Positions 10,666 through 24,944 are shown, counted from the stretch's first letter. The stretch: 64,000 nucleotides of DNA from Amphiscolops sp. MND2022 (GCA_964187785.1 OZ076417.1:36394001-36458000); one strand, 5' to 3'. Translations and numbers: made by a program. The notes: a model not told the origin generated them from the sequence alone.

Positions 10666-11214
10666 GTCATGGCGCTAATCATGATTTGTGTACTAAGGTA
10701 ACCAATACTTTTGAGCAACGTTGTGAACGCAAGACAAATCGCCATAACATTCAAGATGTCTTTTGGGAGATATTCTTCGAGTTTTTCAAGGAAACGTAAA
10801 ACGAGCCTAATTTTGTGGAGAAAAAATGGAAAACTAAATAAATCTAGCGGCATGTGAATATTTTGTCATCATTGATTCTCTTGAGAGCTAATTGCATCAT
10901 TGTTCAAAATCGATTGAGGAAACTTGTCTATCTTTTGCTTCAGAAAGCAGCCAGGACTCAATCGTCTAACACCTGTTGGTATTGCGAATCACAAGATCAA
11001 TCTGAATCACAATTGAACAAACTGATGAAACAAAAAGATTACACTACTATGATTCCTATATATGACTTTTCTGAATGATACTAACCCAGGAAGATCTGAC
11101 TGCAAAAGATTAGATTAGTTGGAAATTATCCACCAAATTAATGAATTATGGGTTGATGTTTTTCCATGGTTCTTTTTCGATTTCACTTAAAGTGGTCGCT
11201 TATTCGATGTTCTC
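10666..11214 (-). CDS. Candidate host gene segment, four short in-frame exons of a hydrophobic protein
   Basis: Exons 11214-11187, 11099-11086, 11021-10973 and 10806-10666 with GT-AG introns splice to EHRISDHFNQIFLVCSIVIQIDLVIRNTNRLVLRFLEKLEEYLPKDILNVMAICLAFTTLLKSIGYLSTQIMISAM. Family not recognised. Confidence 0.45.
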
Positions 11215-11929
11215 CTAAATCAAGCGAGGCCCATTCAAACCAAAAAAATTTTTGTCCCAGTGAGTTTCTCGAATTTCATTGAAAACAATTCTTGATCAGA
11301 TCTTAAAGACTTTGTTCGTTTCTACTTTTAAATGTGGGACTAATTTGAGTAATTCCAGACGTCGTAACACCAAGCTCCATAATCGAATATTAGTTGTGCC
11401 ACGTTTGATTATGAATGTTTATGTTACGAATACCGGAACAACCCAAATCTGCGCTACAAAAATTTGCGTCTGAATGACACGTTTTGCGAAAATACAGTAA
11501 CAAAAAGTGCTATCGGATATTATGATTCATAAATAATTTGAAGCAGTTTGTTCAAGACAACTCGTTGTGCCGTTTTCGATTATCTGCAACAGAAACAATG
11601 GTCCGGCAACGCGTATAAGTGCAGTAAGTAGTAATCCAAGTTCTTCTCTATGTAGCAAAAATGCTCTCAAGATCATGCAAAGTAATTTGTTTTCCTTTAA
11701 AACCTCGAAAGAAGCTTACAAGATCAATACATTTTACGCATGCATTCCTTCCAAACTCTATGAGGAAGTTATTTGAGTTTTTGTGGACGTTTTCGTCATG
11801 AATACTTTATACACTAAAACGTTTTTTTTTCAGTCGCCACCGGGGAAAAGACAAGAGGTTCTGTGATCTTTCATGTTTCTTGAAATCTTTGTTCCATGAA
11901 GTCAGTCAGGATAGCTAACTTAGAAAGTA

Positions 11930-12395
11930 CAGTACTGTGATTAAGAAAACGTCCCCCGGGCGATTTTAGGCTCGATTTTCTCGAAATTGGTTGAGAATTT
12001 TGAAAAACATCAGAGATAAAAGTTTCTAAGAATTTCATCTAGTTTTTATTAGTGTTTTTTTAATTTTTCAGGGACAAAAATTGAGGAAGTTACAAATGGC
12101 TGATTTTGAGCAAATTTGGTCCTTTTTTCCGTTTTTATAATTTTTGACCGTTTTATCCACAGTTTTTGAGCAAGTTTCATGCTCAAATAACTCCCTCAAA
12201 TCTACTGAATAAATTGATGTATTTTGATTTCAAAATAGATCAACCGTTTCCGAATTATCAGGCTCAAAAGGTAAAATTTCCTAAATTTACGTGAAATTCA
12301 CTTGATGCGCCAATCAGAATTGAAAGTGAGAGCAAATAAACAATTTTGATAGGCTGAGAACGTCATAAAGGGACGATTTCTTAATAACAGTACTG
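11930..12395. mobile_element. Tc1/mariner-type MITE (466 bp)
   Basis: Imperfect TIRs CAGTACTGTGATTAAGAAA / TTTCTTAATAACAGTACTG flanked by TA on both sides. A second copy starts at 31156. Confidence 0.8.
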
Positions 12396-14429
12396 TACAC
12401 CCATTTTATTGAGGTTTCCCTTCCTACAGATAGAAAGAGTGTTGGTTTGACCTTCCATTTATCCTCGATATTTGATGAGTTGTATACGCCTTCATTTTAA
12501 AATTTTGGACGCCGTTGAACGATTTTTTCCGGGAACTTTTCAAGCTGTATGAACAAAAACTAACAAGTTATGTTGCAAACTTTCATCTACTTGTTATATT
12601 AAAATAGAATAAAAAACACGATACCTTCACAAGGCTCAATTGAGTTAATACAGACCATTAGGAAGGAAGCTCAACTTTAGACACTTTTCATTTTGATTTG
12701 ATGATATCTATCTATTCAATTGTCAATCAAGTTCCTGCCATTCCTATGCAGATGACTATGCTGGTTGATAGATCAGCTGACGTCTTAATCGAGAGAGAGA
12801 ACTCTTTTGGTAGTTAATTGAGCTTACTTCACAAATGGTCTGAATTAACCTAATCGAGCCTTGTGGAATTACCGTGAAGTTCAATTTTGATATAACAGGC
12901 AGATAAAACTTTTCTAGATAATTTGTTAGTATATTCGTTCATACAGTTCTGTATACAGTTTATAAATTTCCGAAACAAATAGTATGGAGCGTTCTAAAGG
13001 GTATTAGAAGAATCAAAAAACGGGGAAAAATGTATGTTGTCGCTTCCACTGGGACGAAAAAAATTCAGTTTTCTCTGATGTTCTCATGTAAAATAAAAGA
13101 TCACTGAGTTCCAACAACTTGAAATGACAGCCCCATCAACTCTGTTCTTGGATATGAACAAACCTTTCTGGTCTTTCGTTGCCAATTACTTTGACGATTA
13201 CGCAGATTACAGATATGGGTTAGTGTTCAAATCTCAGCTCCATCTGAACTGTTTCAAAGTTTTCAAATTCTTTTCTTCATATCCTGAAACTACTAGTTGA
13301 CCGGCATGAAACTGTACGAAAAAATTTTCACATTGAACAACATGAAGATTTGTGAACAAGATATCGAAAAATGTTGTCATTTTCAAGTTGTCACTTGTTA
13401 GTCATTCACAGCAGCATCAATTTTGAAAACAACATCGGAGAAATTTGGCTAATTCTTTGAGCTTAAAAACAAAAAATCGCCTGGCAAACCCTTTTTTTTT
13501 CAATCAGAAGCAGCTTGAAAACGTGTTTTGCACTTTTCAATTGACAGTTCAGTCAAAACTCACAATTCACCGTCGTATCGAGAGGCATTTTGATGTTTTG
13601 CGTATTTCTATTTGGGTCTAGATTTGCGAGAAAAAAAGATACGTGTAACGTTCTTTTTTGCGGGTCACCGACTGTGTTTTTCACAGCTGCCAAGCAGCAG
13701 CGAAATGCTTGAATTGCTCCAATTCTCTTCAAGTATTACAACTTTTGTGCTCAATCACGCTACCAATCAAGCTAGCACGTCTGATTTTCATGACTTTGTA
13801 TTCTCCCATAACCGACTCCTCAAAGAATGATAGTGTACCTGGTAGTGCGAACATTAGCAAAGTTATTGTGAACAAAATTCACTCTCACGGAGATTCCTAT
13901 CAAAAAAATCAAAAAGTTTTTGTGAAGCATGAATGCACAAGATCTTATCAAGACTTGCAAGAGTAAACGGGAACATGTAAAATAAGCAAGATCTTGGCAA
14001 GAATTTCAAGACAATTTGCACGGACAGTTCATCGCAGAAGGAAATTGAAATTTCATATGTGACTGCTAGCTTTGAATGATACAAATACGTGTAGAAAAAT
14101 ACAATCAGGAACTGTCACCTACGAAATTCGCATATAACATATAACAAACAGTATATTTGTTTGTTTTGGGCCAGAAATAAAGTAAAACTCTTAGTTTCCG
14201 TCCATATTTTATATGAATAAGGAAAATATTCAAATCAAACGTTTTTTTGATAAAGTTTGCTTGGCACCAATAGTATATCCAAGCTATAGGATTTCACCTA
14301 ATAAATTCGACTGACGTAAAAATAGTATCGCGCGGTATGTATTTGTAGAAACTTTTGAACTTTTATGGTTGACCCCAGAGACCCCGGAATATCCCGGAAA
14401 ATGACCCCAAAAATAGTAAAAACCGCAAG

Positions 14430-15120
14430 TTTTCCGCGTTTTAACCTTTTTATGCAATTTTTGTCGAATTTTCAAATAATTTCGTGACTTAGAATGTTCA
14501 AAAAGGAAACAATTTGTTATTCAAGAGGCGTTTTCGAAGAAATTAATGAAAAATGCCTCAAATTGAGACGGAAATTGACAAAAATTCCAAGAAGGTCATA
14601 TTGTCAAAGTTTTCATGCAAGGTTTGTCAAATTTTTGATAGAATTGCTAACCTACAATTGTAAAAACGTTCAACGAGGGAAAGAATTCTGAGAAGCTTCT
14701 TTGAAGAATTAAATGCAAGGTTTTTTAAAAAAACGTCTCAAATTCAGACCTAAAGTGGCGAAAAATTCACAAAATTCAGTTTCTCAACGTTTAAATGCAA
14801 TTTTTTTTTCTACTCTTCGAAAGACTTGGTGGCTTAGAGTGTTAAAGACGCTCAACAAGGGATGAATTTGTTGTCCGAAGGCTTCTGTTAAGAAATAAAC
14901 GCAGTTTTTGATAAAAAACAGCCCAAACTGCAACAAAATTGACAAAACTCCAAAATCCATCTGTTTTTCACGCATCTAGTTTTTATGCAACTTTTAACAA
15001 ATTTTCGAGAAATTTCATGGCTGAGAACGTTGAAACCAGTCACCAACTATTGAACATGTTGTCCAAAAGGGTTGTTTATGATTATGAGGACAAATGACCC
15101 CAAAATAGTTTTAAAAATTA
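14430..15120. repeat. Degenerate tandem repeat, unit about 180 bp
   Basis: Blocks such as TTTTTATGCAA..TT..AATTTT and GAAG(G)CTTCT...GAA.TAAA.GCA recur at roughly 180-bp spacing. Confidence 0.45.
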
Positions 15121-17273
15121 ACTTTTTTCAACAATTTTTGATTTTCCAACGCACTGTTTGTAATATTGTCAATGTTTTCATGAATTAGAACTCTGATACT
15201 GTTCAACAACATTTGAATGCGTTGTTCAGTAGGCTTTTTAAAGTGTTAAATGACAGTTTCTGCTAAAAACGAGCTTTAATTTAACAACAAAATTGTCGAG
15301 AAGTCCAATAACTTTCAATTTTTGTAGCTTCTTGATGTTACTTGAGTTTTTGCAAGTAAGAAGGTTCAACAAAACAATCAAAAAAGAAGGAATTAGGTTT
15401 GAAGTGTCCTTTTTTGATGGCAAAATTAAAGCATTTCACATCAAAAAGACTTCAAAACGACCCATGTAGGTAGGAAGGTAAAAAAATGAAGTTTTAAAAG
15501 TTTTTGTGCAATGTGTGTGAACTTTTCCCATCGATTCGAGGGCTAGAATAGCAGAACGTTTCAACAACAAATGCAGTTGATATCCACTTATTATTTTGGG
15601 AGTGATTTGCTGATTTGTGTTTGGAAAATGTCTCCAAATAAGCGGAAAAGAGTATAAAATATCGAAAGTTTCCTTTTTGACAATTTGAGTGATTGTTTGT
15701 GATGTTTTTCGTGAACTAGATGGTCCTAGAGCTCCAGAATATTCATCAAGCTAGGCAGTATGCATTTTGAAGGAAGACTTTGTAGCTTTCTAGGTTGAAT
15801 ATTATCTTAGAATGACCAAAATGAACCGATATTCCAAAACTATTCCGATCATGATTTTTGTTGAAATTTTTGTAAATTTCGTATTTCAGAAGATTGAAAA
15901 TGTTAAACAGCAAACAAACGCAAAGCAGGGTAGACTTTTGAAAAATCAATCGTAGTTTCAGAAAATAATCAAATAGTTCGGAAAGCCCCTAAAAATGACC
16001 ACAGATTAGATGAAAATTGAAAAATTTTCAAAAACGTCGACGCTTTTATTCCTTTTTTTTTCGAAATTTTGAAAAACTTCATATATTAGATTTTTGAAAC
16101 ATTGAATCAACGTTTGAATATTTTTTCCAGTAGACGTTTCGAAAAAAAAAGCAGGTTATCATACGAGTTATGCCTCAATTTCACCCCCAAATATCAAAAC
16201 CTAAAAGTTTCCAGTTCGTCGTTTTTCCTGCAGTTTGTGTACATTTTTTGAACGTTTTTTGACTAAAAAAGTTCAAAACACTCAAATATGAACAATCTAG
16301 ATATGCTTGCTCTTTTGAAGAGAGAGTATTAGTATTTTGCTTCAAAACACTTGAAAAATGACTCCGATGAGTCAGAAATGAAAAAGTCCTAATTCAACGT
16401 TTCATGAGCAAAGATCTGGACTTTTTGAGAAGTTTCCTTCGTTGGAAGAAAGAACTTGTTCAACGGTGGACAAATGCGTTACGTTGTCCAGTGAGGTGTT
16501 CGAAAGTAAATTGCAGTTTCACGCTCCAAAAAGCCTCAAATAAGCTCGAAAATAGTAAAAAAAAAACAAGTTTTGGCAGTTGTTTGACAAATAAGTTAAT
16601 TTTAAATAAAAGTTACCAACATTTTGTAACATTTGAAATTTCTAAATGTTTTAAATAGACATGCAGAATGTTGAAAAAAAGAAATTTTCAATTTTGACGG
16701 TAAACATTTTGTCAGAGATTTGAAAAAGTGAAAAACCATTGTTTTTTTTCTTGAAATGTTCATATACTCTTTTTTAAATCTTTCGAGCAATTTCATAATT
16801 CAAATACGACTGGACCTGGTATCCAATAGGCGTTTTTCAACTAGACTTCTGCAGTTTCATGGAAAGTTCTTCAAATGACCACAAAGTTGTCGAAAAAGCA
16901 AAACTTTCCAAATTTTGACTTTTTTGGCGACTTCGCTCAAAGTTATTCAAAAAGTGATTGGTTAGGTGTTGGTATCCACACAAGCCGACACAAAAACAAG
17001 TAGATGTTTAGTGTGTTCTTGAAGTGTTTCCTTCTCAAATGGGATGACATTCTTCAGAAAGTGTCAAAACTTCTATGCGGTTTCATAGTGCAATGGCCAC
17101 TCTCGAGCCTTAAAAATATGCCATTCCTAGAACTGTTTGGACGGCAAATATCCCGCTGGTCAGCGGGCGTCTTGTTCATTTTTGGAAATACCATTATTAT
17201 GTACTTTTATAAAAAATATTGGTTAAAAATGGAGTCTTTTGAAAGAATCCAGTTAATGTTGGATTTTCTTCAG

Positions 17274-17506
17274 TATTTTTGTCTGGCCCCAAGACGACAC
17301 AAAAGAGATCCCATTCTTTGAGAATATCGATGGAATTTGTGAAGTTGATCACAATATGACCAAACCGCAGGATCGGGCCATTGTTGTTCTGAAAGTGATC
17401 AAAGCTTGGTCCACCTGGGTCTCCCACGCCAGTTTCTGCCCCATCAGAAACCTAGGCGACCGATTCAGAGACACAGTCAAACAACAGTGGGGGCATCTAA
17501 ACGAAG
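17274..17506 (+). CDS. Candidate host internal exon (77 codons)
   Basis: TTTTCTTCAG| acceptor, open frame IFVWPQDDTKEIPFFENIDGICEVDHNMTKPQDRAIVVLKVIKAWSTWVSHASFCPIRN..., GAAG|GTTACC donor. Only weak similarity to class C GPCR ectodomain text. Confidence 0.45.
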
Positions 17507-17736
17507 GTTACCAAGTCTGGGGATTGGTTTTAGCTGACAGAATTCATTTTTTAACCCTATTGATTACTCGAAACTTCGTACATCAACTTCATAAACACGG
17601 AATAAAGTCAAATGTGAAAATGAAAGACCCAAATTCGATAGTCGTGTACCTGAAGTCATGCTTCTATGCTAGTTATTTCTACCAGAAAGTTACGGCAAGG
17701 CAGGAACTGCATTTTAACAAAAAACGTCTTGTTGTG

Positions 17737-17941
17737 TGTAAAGATCTCTCGGTTTACTATAAAACGATGTTGGTGACAAAGAGTTTTCATTCAACTATTT
17801 CGTATCAAAGTAACAAATGTAGTGAGATCTATGTAATGTAATGCAATAACATTAATAGGACAGTAATTAGAGTTTGTTATCAAATATGTTTAAACAACTC
17901 TCTGTCTAAAGTAGTTCAGTCTATGACCTCTACATTCCACA
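17737..17941 (-). repeat. 3' LTR of element B
   Basis: TGTGGAATG...TTTACA, preceded by PPT GGAGGAGGGGGAA (17942-17954). Confidence 0.95.
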
Positions 17942-20900
17942 TTCCCCCTCCTCCGGGTGGATTCGGTTTCGAGTGGAGGTAACTGCTGATGGTTCCGAAT
18001 TAATCGGTTGAAGTTTTGGTATTCTGCTGTTTTCCGTATTTCACGGTTGATCGTCCGTATTTCACGGTTGCTTCTCTCTTCAGTTTGTTGTTGACTCGGT
18101 TGGCTGGCTTGGTTTTCCTGTAACATATAATTATTTATTTTTCTTTTATTATTATTTGTGGAATATGGGATACCGCCTAGTTTTTCGGTTTGTCTTGCGT
18201 TGGGTATTCTTTTCGATTTTCTCACCGTTAGTTGTGGTTCATTTATTAGTGGATTCGTTTTTATACCTGTTTCTGGGGTTAGGTTAGTTTCTTTGGGTAG
18301 TAGTTGTAGTTCGTCGTCTATGTTGGCATGGACGGGCTTTCCTTCGCTAGTATTGTAGCATTGGAATTCGTCGTCGGATACTACGCTCAGGTCTAGATCC
18401 ATCGGTTTTCCCGCCGACTTGTCTGGGCTTGTGAACTGGCCTCTTTCGTTGCGTGGTTGTTCTTTCCTTTTCAGCCAATCTGCACTGTTTTCTGTATTTT
18501 CCGGTTTCGGTGCTTCTTTTCTACGGTATAGACAGGTATTTTCCATCGTCTTTGAGCATGTTGGTTTTTCAGCCGTTGTTGTCAATCTGGTATTGATTCA
18601 TTTTGTCGGAGTTGTTGTAGGCTGAAAGGGTATCGGGTTAGATATTAGCTTCCTATGTAGGATTTTGTTCTTGTCCGTGGTTACCGTATGTTTGGTCCCC
18701 GAGACTGCAGTTAATGGTTTGTTTTTGAATTTGCTTCCAAGTGAGCATTTTGTATGTGTTTTTTCAAAAAAAGTGAACGGGTAATTCGTATTTTTCTCTT
18801 TACTTACCGTATTTGACGGTTTTTGTTTTTGGGTGAAGGTCATCCTCCTCCGGTATTTCGGGTCATTTGTCTTCTTCTTTGACATCACCAAGTGGTCGGT
18901 AATCTCGCCGGCTGAGTTGCGGGTGATGTAGACTGATAAGTCCTTGGAATTTACAGAAATAGAATTTTTTAGATTAGATAGTTTTGTTCCAGGTTCTCGC
19001 CGGAAGTGTAGTTCGAACGGGGTTTTCTTTATTTCAGAATGTGTGGTAAAACGGAGGACATATAGGGCTTTGTTTAGGCTCTCGCGTAAATTATGTGTTT
19101 CTTCTAAATTTGTTTTTGTTAGATTCTTCAGTGATTGGATGGTTCTTTCCACCAATCCCGTGCCAGTATGTAGGTTTGGTGTTCCGTATTTGCGGATTAT
19201 GTTATATTCTTTGCAAAAACTTTTGTACTCTTTTGAGATAAAAGCGCTGCCGTTGTCCGATTTAATTGTCTTCGGTACTCCGTATACATTTATATATTCC
19301 CGTAGGAATGTTATTACTGTATCGTGGTTGGTAATTTTGCAAATTTTCGCTACCGGCCAACGGCTTTTTTTTTATCTACGGCTACTAAGATGAAAGGAGA
19401 GGAATCTAAATGTTTGCTATTCAAATTTCCCGTAAAATCAATTTGGATTTCTTCTGGGTATTTTGGCGGTTCGTGTTTTGATTTTTCGGTACTAGGTAGT
19501 TGGGTTTTTTAATTGTTACCGGCATTTAGGCAAGCGAAGCAGGTTTTGGCCTTCTTCTCGATGTCTGCTCTCATGTTTGGCCACCAAAAGATAACTGCAT
19601 CATTGCACATTTTATTTATTCCTGGGTGGCCGAAGTGAAGTGCGTTGAGTGCCGCGTAGCGTAGACTTTTGGGGATAATGATACGGTCGTCCACCATTGT
19701 TATTCCCCAGCGGTGGGTCAGTTTCTTTGCTACTTGTTTGTAGTCGTCTGGGATGGCTTGTGTGTTGTTGTCTTCGATGCAGCCTTGAACTTCGATTAGG
19801 TCTGGATCTGCTGCCGTTTCCTTGATTAGTGTTTCAAGGTCAAGCATAAAATCGAGTTCTGCGGCTCTGATGTTATCTTCTTGTTGTCGGTTTCTGGGGG
19901 CTTTTGTCTCGATAACCTTGTTGATGCGTACGTAATGTACGGCTATCTCTTCTATTGGGCCTTCGCGGTATTCTTGAACGGGGATCGCTGGGTAAGATCC
20001 TGGTTCTTCCGTTATTACCGGTTCTTCTGGTGTTGAAGAGACCGTGGATTCGGTGTCCGGTGTGTGCTTCTGTGTTTTTGTGGTTTCCGTGTTGATTTCC
20101 GATGATGTGCCGGATGCTTGTAGAATTTCATCTCCAAAGTTTTTAAAGTAGTCGCCCCCGATATGTGTAACTCGGTTTTCTTCTTTCCTTCTCAAACGGA
20201 TGTCAATGCGTTTGATTTCTTTTCTGTCTACGTCGTCCGGTCTTCTTGGAAGGTGTATTTCTCTCTCGAGTTTCTTGTGCCAGTGGTGTCGCATATGGCC
20301 CGGTCGTGTTAATTCAATTCTTCTTTCTACTAATTCTTGTGTCTCCGGTGAATTGTCTCTTCTGTTAATAATCTTCATGATTTCGTCATCGGCTCCCCAG
20401 TGGTATTTAAGTTTATCATTTAAAGCAAATCGGTCCGGAATTTGACGGTTATTGTTATTGTTGTCCATTTTTGTTTCGCTGTAAGATTTGCAATTATCGT
20501 GAATGGTGTTGTTAATCTGATTAGCGGTCAAATTGGAATGATTTGTGCTTGTTTTGCTGTAGCGCGTACCATTCTAGCTGTAGCGCGTATCATGCATGTT
20601 TGCCGTATCGCTGTTTTCTGATTGGTCGAAAATCCGTCCAATTCTGCCGTTTACCGTGGCTAGTTGCGCGATGGCGTTGATGACGAATTCTTTTTCGTAA
20701 TTTTCTTCCGGTTCAGCGGTTTCCGTAGGGTTACGGCTAATGAAATCGGTGAATTTTATTTCTTTTCCGGCAGTGTGTTTTAATGATATGTCGAAATGGT
20801 TTAGTCTGTCTAACCACCGTGTTAGTCGGGCGCTGTATTGTTTGTTGGTTTTGTTTCTCTTTAATAGTGGTTCCAAAGCCTGGTGGTCGGAGAATAATTG

Positions 20901-23407
20901 AACCTGTTTTCCGTATAGGTGAAATCTGAACCGTTCAAGGCCCCAGACTACTGCTAGTAGTTCTAGTTCACCGACGGAATTTTTTTCTCTGCGTCATTGA
21001 GATAGCGACTGGCATATGCAATAGCTTTCAATTCGCCGTTATGTTGGCGTTGCCATAGCGCTATGCCTAATCCGGTGTTGCATGCGTCGGTTGTAACAAT
21101 GTTTTCTTTGTTACCGTTGTAGTGTGCTAAACACAGTTGTGTTGTCAATTCTTTTTTCAAGTTGTTAAAGTCTGTGTTTCGTTCTTCTGTCCATTCCCAT
21201 TTTATTCCTTTTTTCAGTAGTTGTCTGATATTGTCCGTCTTTTCGGATAGATTTGGTATGAATTTTGCAAAATATTGTATTGCTCAAAAATGATTTTAGG
21301 GTTTTTGTATTTGTCGGTGGGGTCAATTTGTTGATTGCGTCCGTTTTTTCTTTGTTCGGTCGGATTCCATCTTGTGATATGGTGTGTCCAAGCCATACCG
21401 ATTCTTTTTGGTAAAATTTTGATTTCTTTTTGCTGGCCTTATAGCCTTCGTTTTCCAGTTTTGTTAGGACTGATTCTAACTTTTGTGTATGTTGTTCCTT
21501 CGCTCCGCGTGTCACGATTATTATATCATCCAGCCATACTGGTATTTGGTGGCCGAGGGTTCGGTCTATTTTCTCCCGAAAGATGGTGGGTATGTCGGCT
21601 GGTCCGTAAAAACCCTTTAGGAATCGGTAATATCCGTTGATTTTCTCTCCTGTAATGGCAAAGCCACAGTGTTTGCTTGTTTCCGGTGATAGTTTCATTT
21701 GTCCGTAAGCATAGTCCAAATCTATGATTGATATCCAGATTGGGTCTAGTTCGTTTTTTGATAATTCGGAAGAGATTTGGTTTAGTAGTTCATCCATGTT
21801 TGGCATGTGTGGTCTTTTCTTTATACAGCTGTCGTTTAGTTTCCGCGCGTCAAGTGCAATTTTGACCGTTTTGTCCTTTTTTTACCGTAATTACAACGGG
21901 GGATACGAAGCAATCTTCTTCGATTGTTTCTAGTCTTTGTAAATGTCCGGATTTTGTTAATCGGTCTAGTTCGTTTTTTACGTCGTCCTGTAAGTGGTAC
22001 GGTATTGGTCGTGCTTTTTGTTGTATTGGGTAACAACCCGGTTTTATCTGTATTTTCACCTCCGCGTTCTTGATAGTGTGGTTTGTTTCGAATAGTTTCT
22101 TGAATTTTGCATGTATCTTTGTTGTTTCTGATTGGTTGGTGTTGTTGTCCAATGAAATTTTGTTGATGGTAATTGGCAGTTGTTTTAGCCAATTTACTCC
22201 TAGTAGGGGTGTGATGTCGGTTCTCTTTGTGATTAGTAATGGTAATTTGATGTATTTGCCGTTATACTCGGTGTCTACCCATACTTTCCCCAGAAATGTG
22301 ATTTCGTTTTTGTTTACATCTTGGTATCTCTCTTTTAACGGTTGGATATTTTCTGGGTTGCACAGTGTGGGGTTGTTCGGCATAATGGTGACCGGAGAGC
22401 CGGTATCGATAATAAACTTTTGGTTTTTCCCGTTTATTTTTATTTCGACACCATAGTGGTCGTTGTTGTCCGGTGTTATTTTGTTGATTTGTGTGATTTG
22501 GAGTATTTCCTCGGGTTCACTGTTTTCTTTCGTCTTCTTCTTCGGAAGTCATATCTTCCAAGTAGTTGATTCTTTTTGTTTTGTTTGGTTTCGTGCGGCA
22601 TACCCGGGCGAAGTGTCCCGTTCTCTGGCAGTTGTTGCTTTTTACCGTTTTCGCCGGGCAGTTATGTTGGGGTGTCCAATTTTGTTGTCCGCAGAATCCG
22701 CATTTGTTTTTCTTTTGTTTTGGTTGTTCTCGATATTGTTTTGTTTGGATTTTTTGGATCGGTTCTTGTTTTATTTCTTTGTCTTTCGCCAATGCAGGTG
22801 GTATGGTTGATTGTTTATGTCGGCGGTCGTAGCTGTCTTGTGTAATAAGTTCTATGGTGGTTTTCAGATTGAGGGTTTTTTCGCGGATCCGTTTTTCCCG
22901 GAGTTTTTTATCGGTTATGCTTGTGATAAATTTCGATATGAGTAGGTCTTCTTGTTTGATATCTTTGAAATCACATGTTTTTTCTAACGTTATCAGCTTT
23001 TTCCATTGTTCCTCGGGTGTTTCGTTTTCTTCTTGCTTGGCCCAGAAGAAATCTCCACGGCTGTGGTATGTGTTTCTTTTGGGCATATAGTATTCCCGGA
23101 ACAGTTGGATTAACTTGTCGGTTTTTATTGTGTCTGGGTCCGTGTTGAATTCTCCTTTCGTGATGATTTCAATTTCCGACGGTCCGGCGCCCCAAATGAA
23201 ATCTTGTCTGATTTCCTGTTCTTTTGTGTCCCATGGATCACCGGTAGGTACCGTATCGTCGGTTAATATCGGTTTGATATCTATGTTGTGGATTCTTTTT
23301 ATGTAATGTCGAAATCTCTCGGTCCATTCTTTTGGTGTGTATATTTTCTTCCCGTCAAGTCCGGTGTCTTCTAGGTAAGGTAGTTGTATCTTAGTTGCCG
23401 CGGCCAT
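17890..23407 (-). pseudogene. gag-pol: Element B gag-pol (fragmented)
   Basis: Gag 22517-23407 with Cys/His knuckles; RT (DLDYAYGQ, WLDD); RNase H (TDAC); integrase (HFGHPGINKM...C..C, MVERTIQ); C-terminal tail ending inside the 3' LTR. Confidence 0.9.
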
Positions 23408-23470
23408 TATTGATATTCGTTGGTTGGTAAAAATGTTTCGTGTTTTAAGAAGGTTTGGTAAAATAAAATC

Positions 23471-23484
23471 TTGCTACTGCGCCA
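23471..23484 (-). promoter_or_regulatory. PBS of element B (TGGCGCAGTAGCAA), tRNA-Ser-like
   Basis: Directly follows the LTR-terminal CA and shares TGGCGCAGT with the element C PBS. The tRNA assignment is from recollection of Ser-type PBS sequences. Confidence 0.75.
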
Positions 23485-23689
23485 TGTTAAGATCTCTTGG
23501 TTTACTATAAAACAATGCTGGTGACAAAGAGTTTTCATTCAACTATTTCGTATCAAAGTAACAAATGTAGTGAGATCTATGTAATGTAATGCAATAACAT
23601 AAATAGGACAGTAATTAGAGTTTGTTATCAAATATGTTTAAACAACTCTCTGTCTGAAGTAGTTCAGTCTATGACCTCTACATTCCACA
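23485..23689 (-). repeat. 5' LTR of element B
   Basis: Direct repeat of 17737-17941 with TG...CA ends. Confidence 0.95.
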
Positions 23690-24599
23690 TTGTGTAGTTT
23701 CAAGTTTTTAAAAAAACTTTTTTGGATACAGTACAATTGGGACAAATACCAAGTAATTGAAAAACTAGATGTCTATAGAAAGGGTTTTTATACCCCTGAG
23801 TTGATTGGTTTGTAAAGTTATGATACCGTTTTGTTTATAAGGACAAAAATTTTATGGAGAAACCAATAAAAGAACCCTATTTTGTCTGGCGATTTAATTT
23901 CACTTCAAACAGTTTCGGTTAGACGGTATGTAACGGACGGTGAATTATGACACGGCCGGGAACAGCGTAACTCTGATTTGAATTATGCGCACATTGTTTG
24001 TTTCAGAACTTTCTCTCAGTTGTGAGAATTTTCGAAGGGGGGCCATTTGCGTTCAAAGTAAAGTAGTTTCCTAACTGAAAACATTTTTTAAAAAAAAACA
24101 AAAAACACCAAAAAATCAAACTGGAGAACCATTTTTAAGCAAATTGAAGAAATTCGACAATGTACAGTGACGATAAAAACTCAAAGGGGATCCTTTGGTC
24201 TCAGGAAGTTTTGAAATTGAAGCAAAAATGTTGAAAATGTCGAAATGACCATTTGTACCCTCTTGAATCTAGGTTTTCGGCGAAAAGTAAAAGGTCGGTG
24301 GAACTTTTCTCCAGTTCGCGCGGCTAGGTTAGAAAAAAACATGCAGAAAAACAATCCAAAAATTGCAATAATGGCCGATTTTTATCGCATAGAGCGCCGA
24401 CTACAAACATCACAGTTTTAAAACCTTGATGACGAAATACCACATTGCAAATATGACGTCATAGTGAATTTCACTTGGTGCGCCTGACCACTGACTGCGT
24501 TTTGAAGGATATTGACGTGTTGCGCCAAGCGCCCCGGAAGTATATGAGCTATGTTTTAAACCAGCATAGTTTTCACATAGCGAAAAACTTTCATTGTTT

Positions 24600-24915
24600 A
24601 TTATCTCATTTCGTCTAATTCTCTGGTCATTTTAGAAGGAAAGTGGCAGCGATTTTGTCGTGTGCATTGATTAGGCGTTTGATTTTTCCTGTGGTCGTTT
24701 TTCCATGCGGTATTTTGACTGCGATTAGAAAGAAGAAAAAAGTTGATTTCCACAATTCTGCGGGGTGGACGCCGAATAAGCAGTTCTGCTTTTCTAAGTC
24801 GGTGCCCTTTCGGGTACTATCTCCCCATAGCAAGCTATGGTACCATATTTGCGGCCAAGTGGTCAAGTGACGGTGGACTTGTAGCTGTGGTTTCAAAGTG
24901 ACTTGCTCAAGGTCA
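24600..24915 (-). mobile_element. Headless SINE-like body with CORE/MIR-like motif
   Basis: Minus strand reads GTGACCTTGAGCAAGTCACTTT, similar to the CCTTAAGCAAGTC motif of the adjacent SINE. Boundaries are approximate. Confidence 0.4.
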
Positions 24916-24944
24916 CAAAAGTGACTATTTGCCGTTGCTTTTTT

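Larger units (their letters stand above)
17737..23689 (-). mobile_element. Ty3/Gypsy LTR retrotransposon B, full length, decayed
   Basis: 205-bp LTRs (about 6 mismatches), perfect TSD TTGTG (17732-17736 and 23690-23694), PBS and PPT present, gag-pol broken by multiple frameshifts. Confidence 0.95.

Noticed and set aside
17356-17841. 161-aa single-exon ORF
   Set aside because: It runs from a probable host exon through intron sequence into the 3' LTR of element B, so it is a chimeric chance frame.
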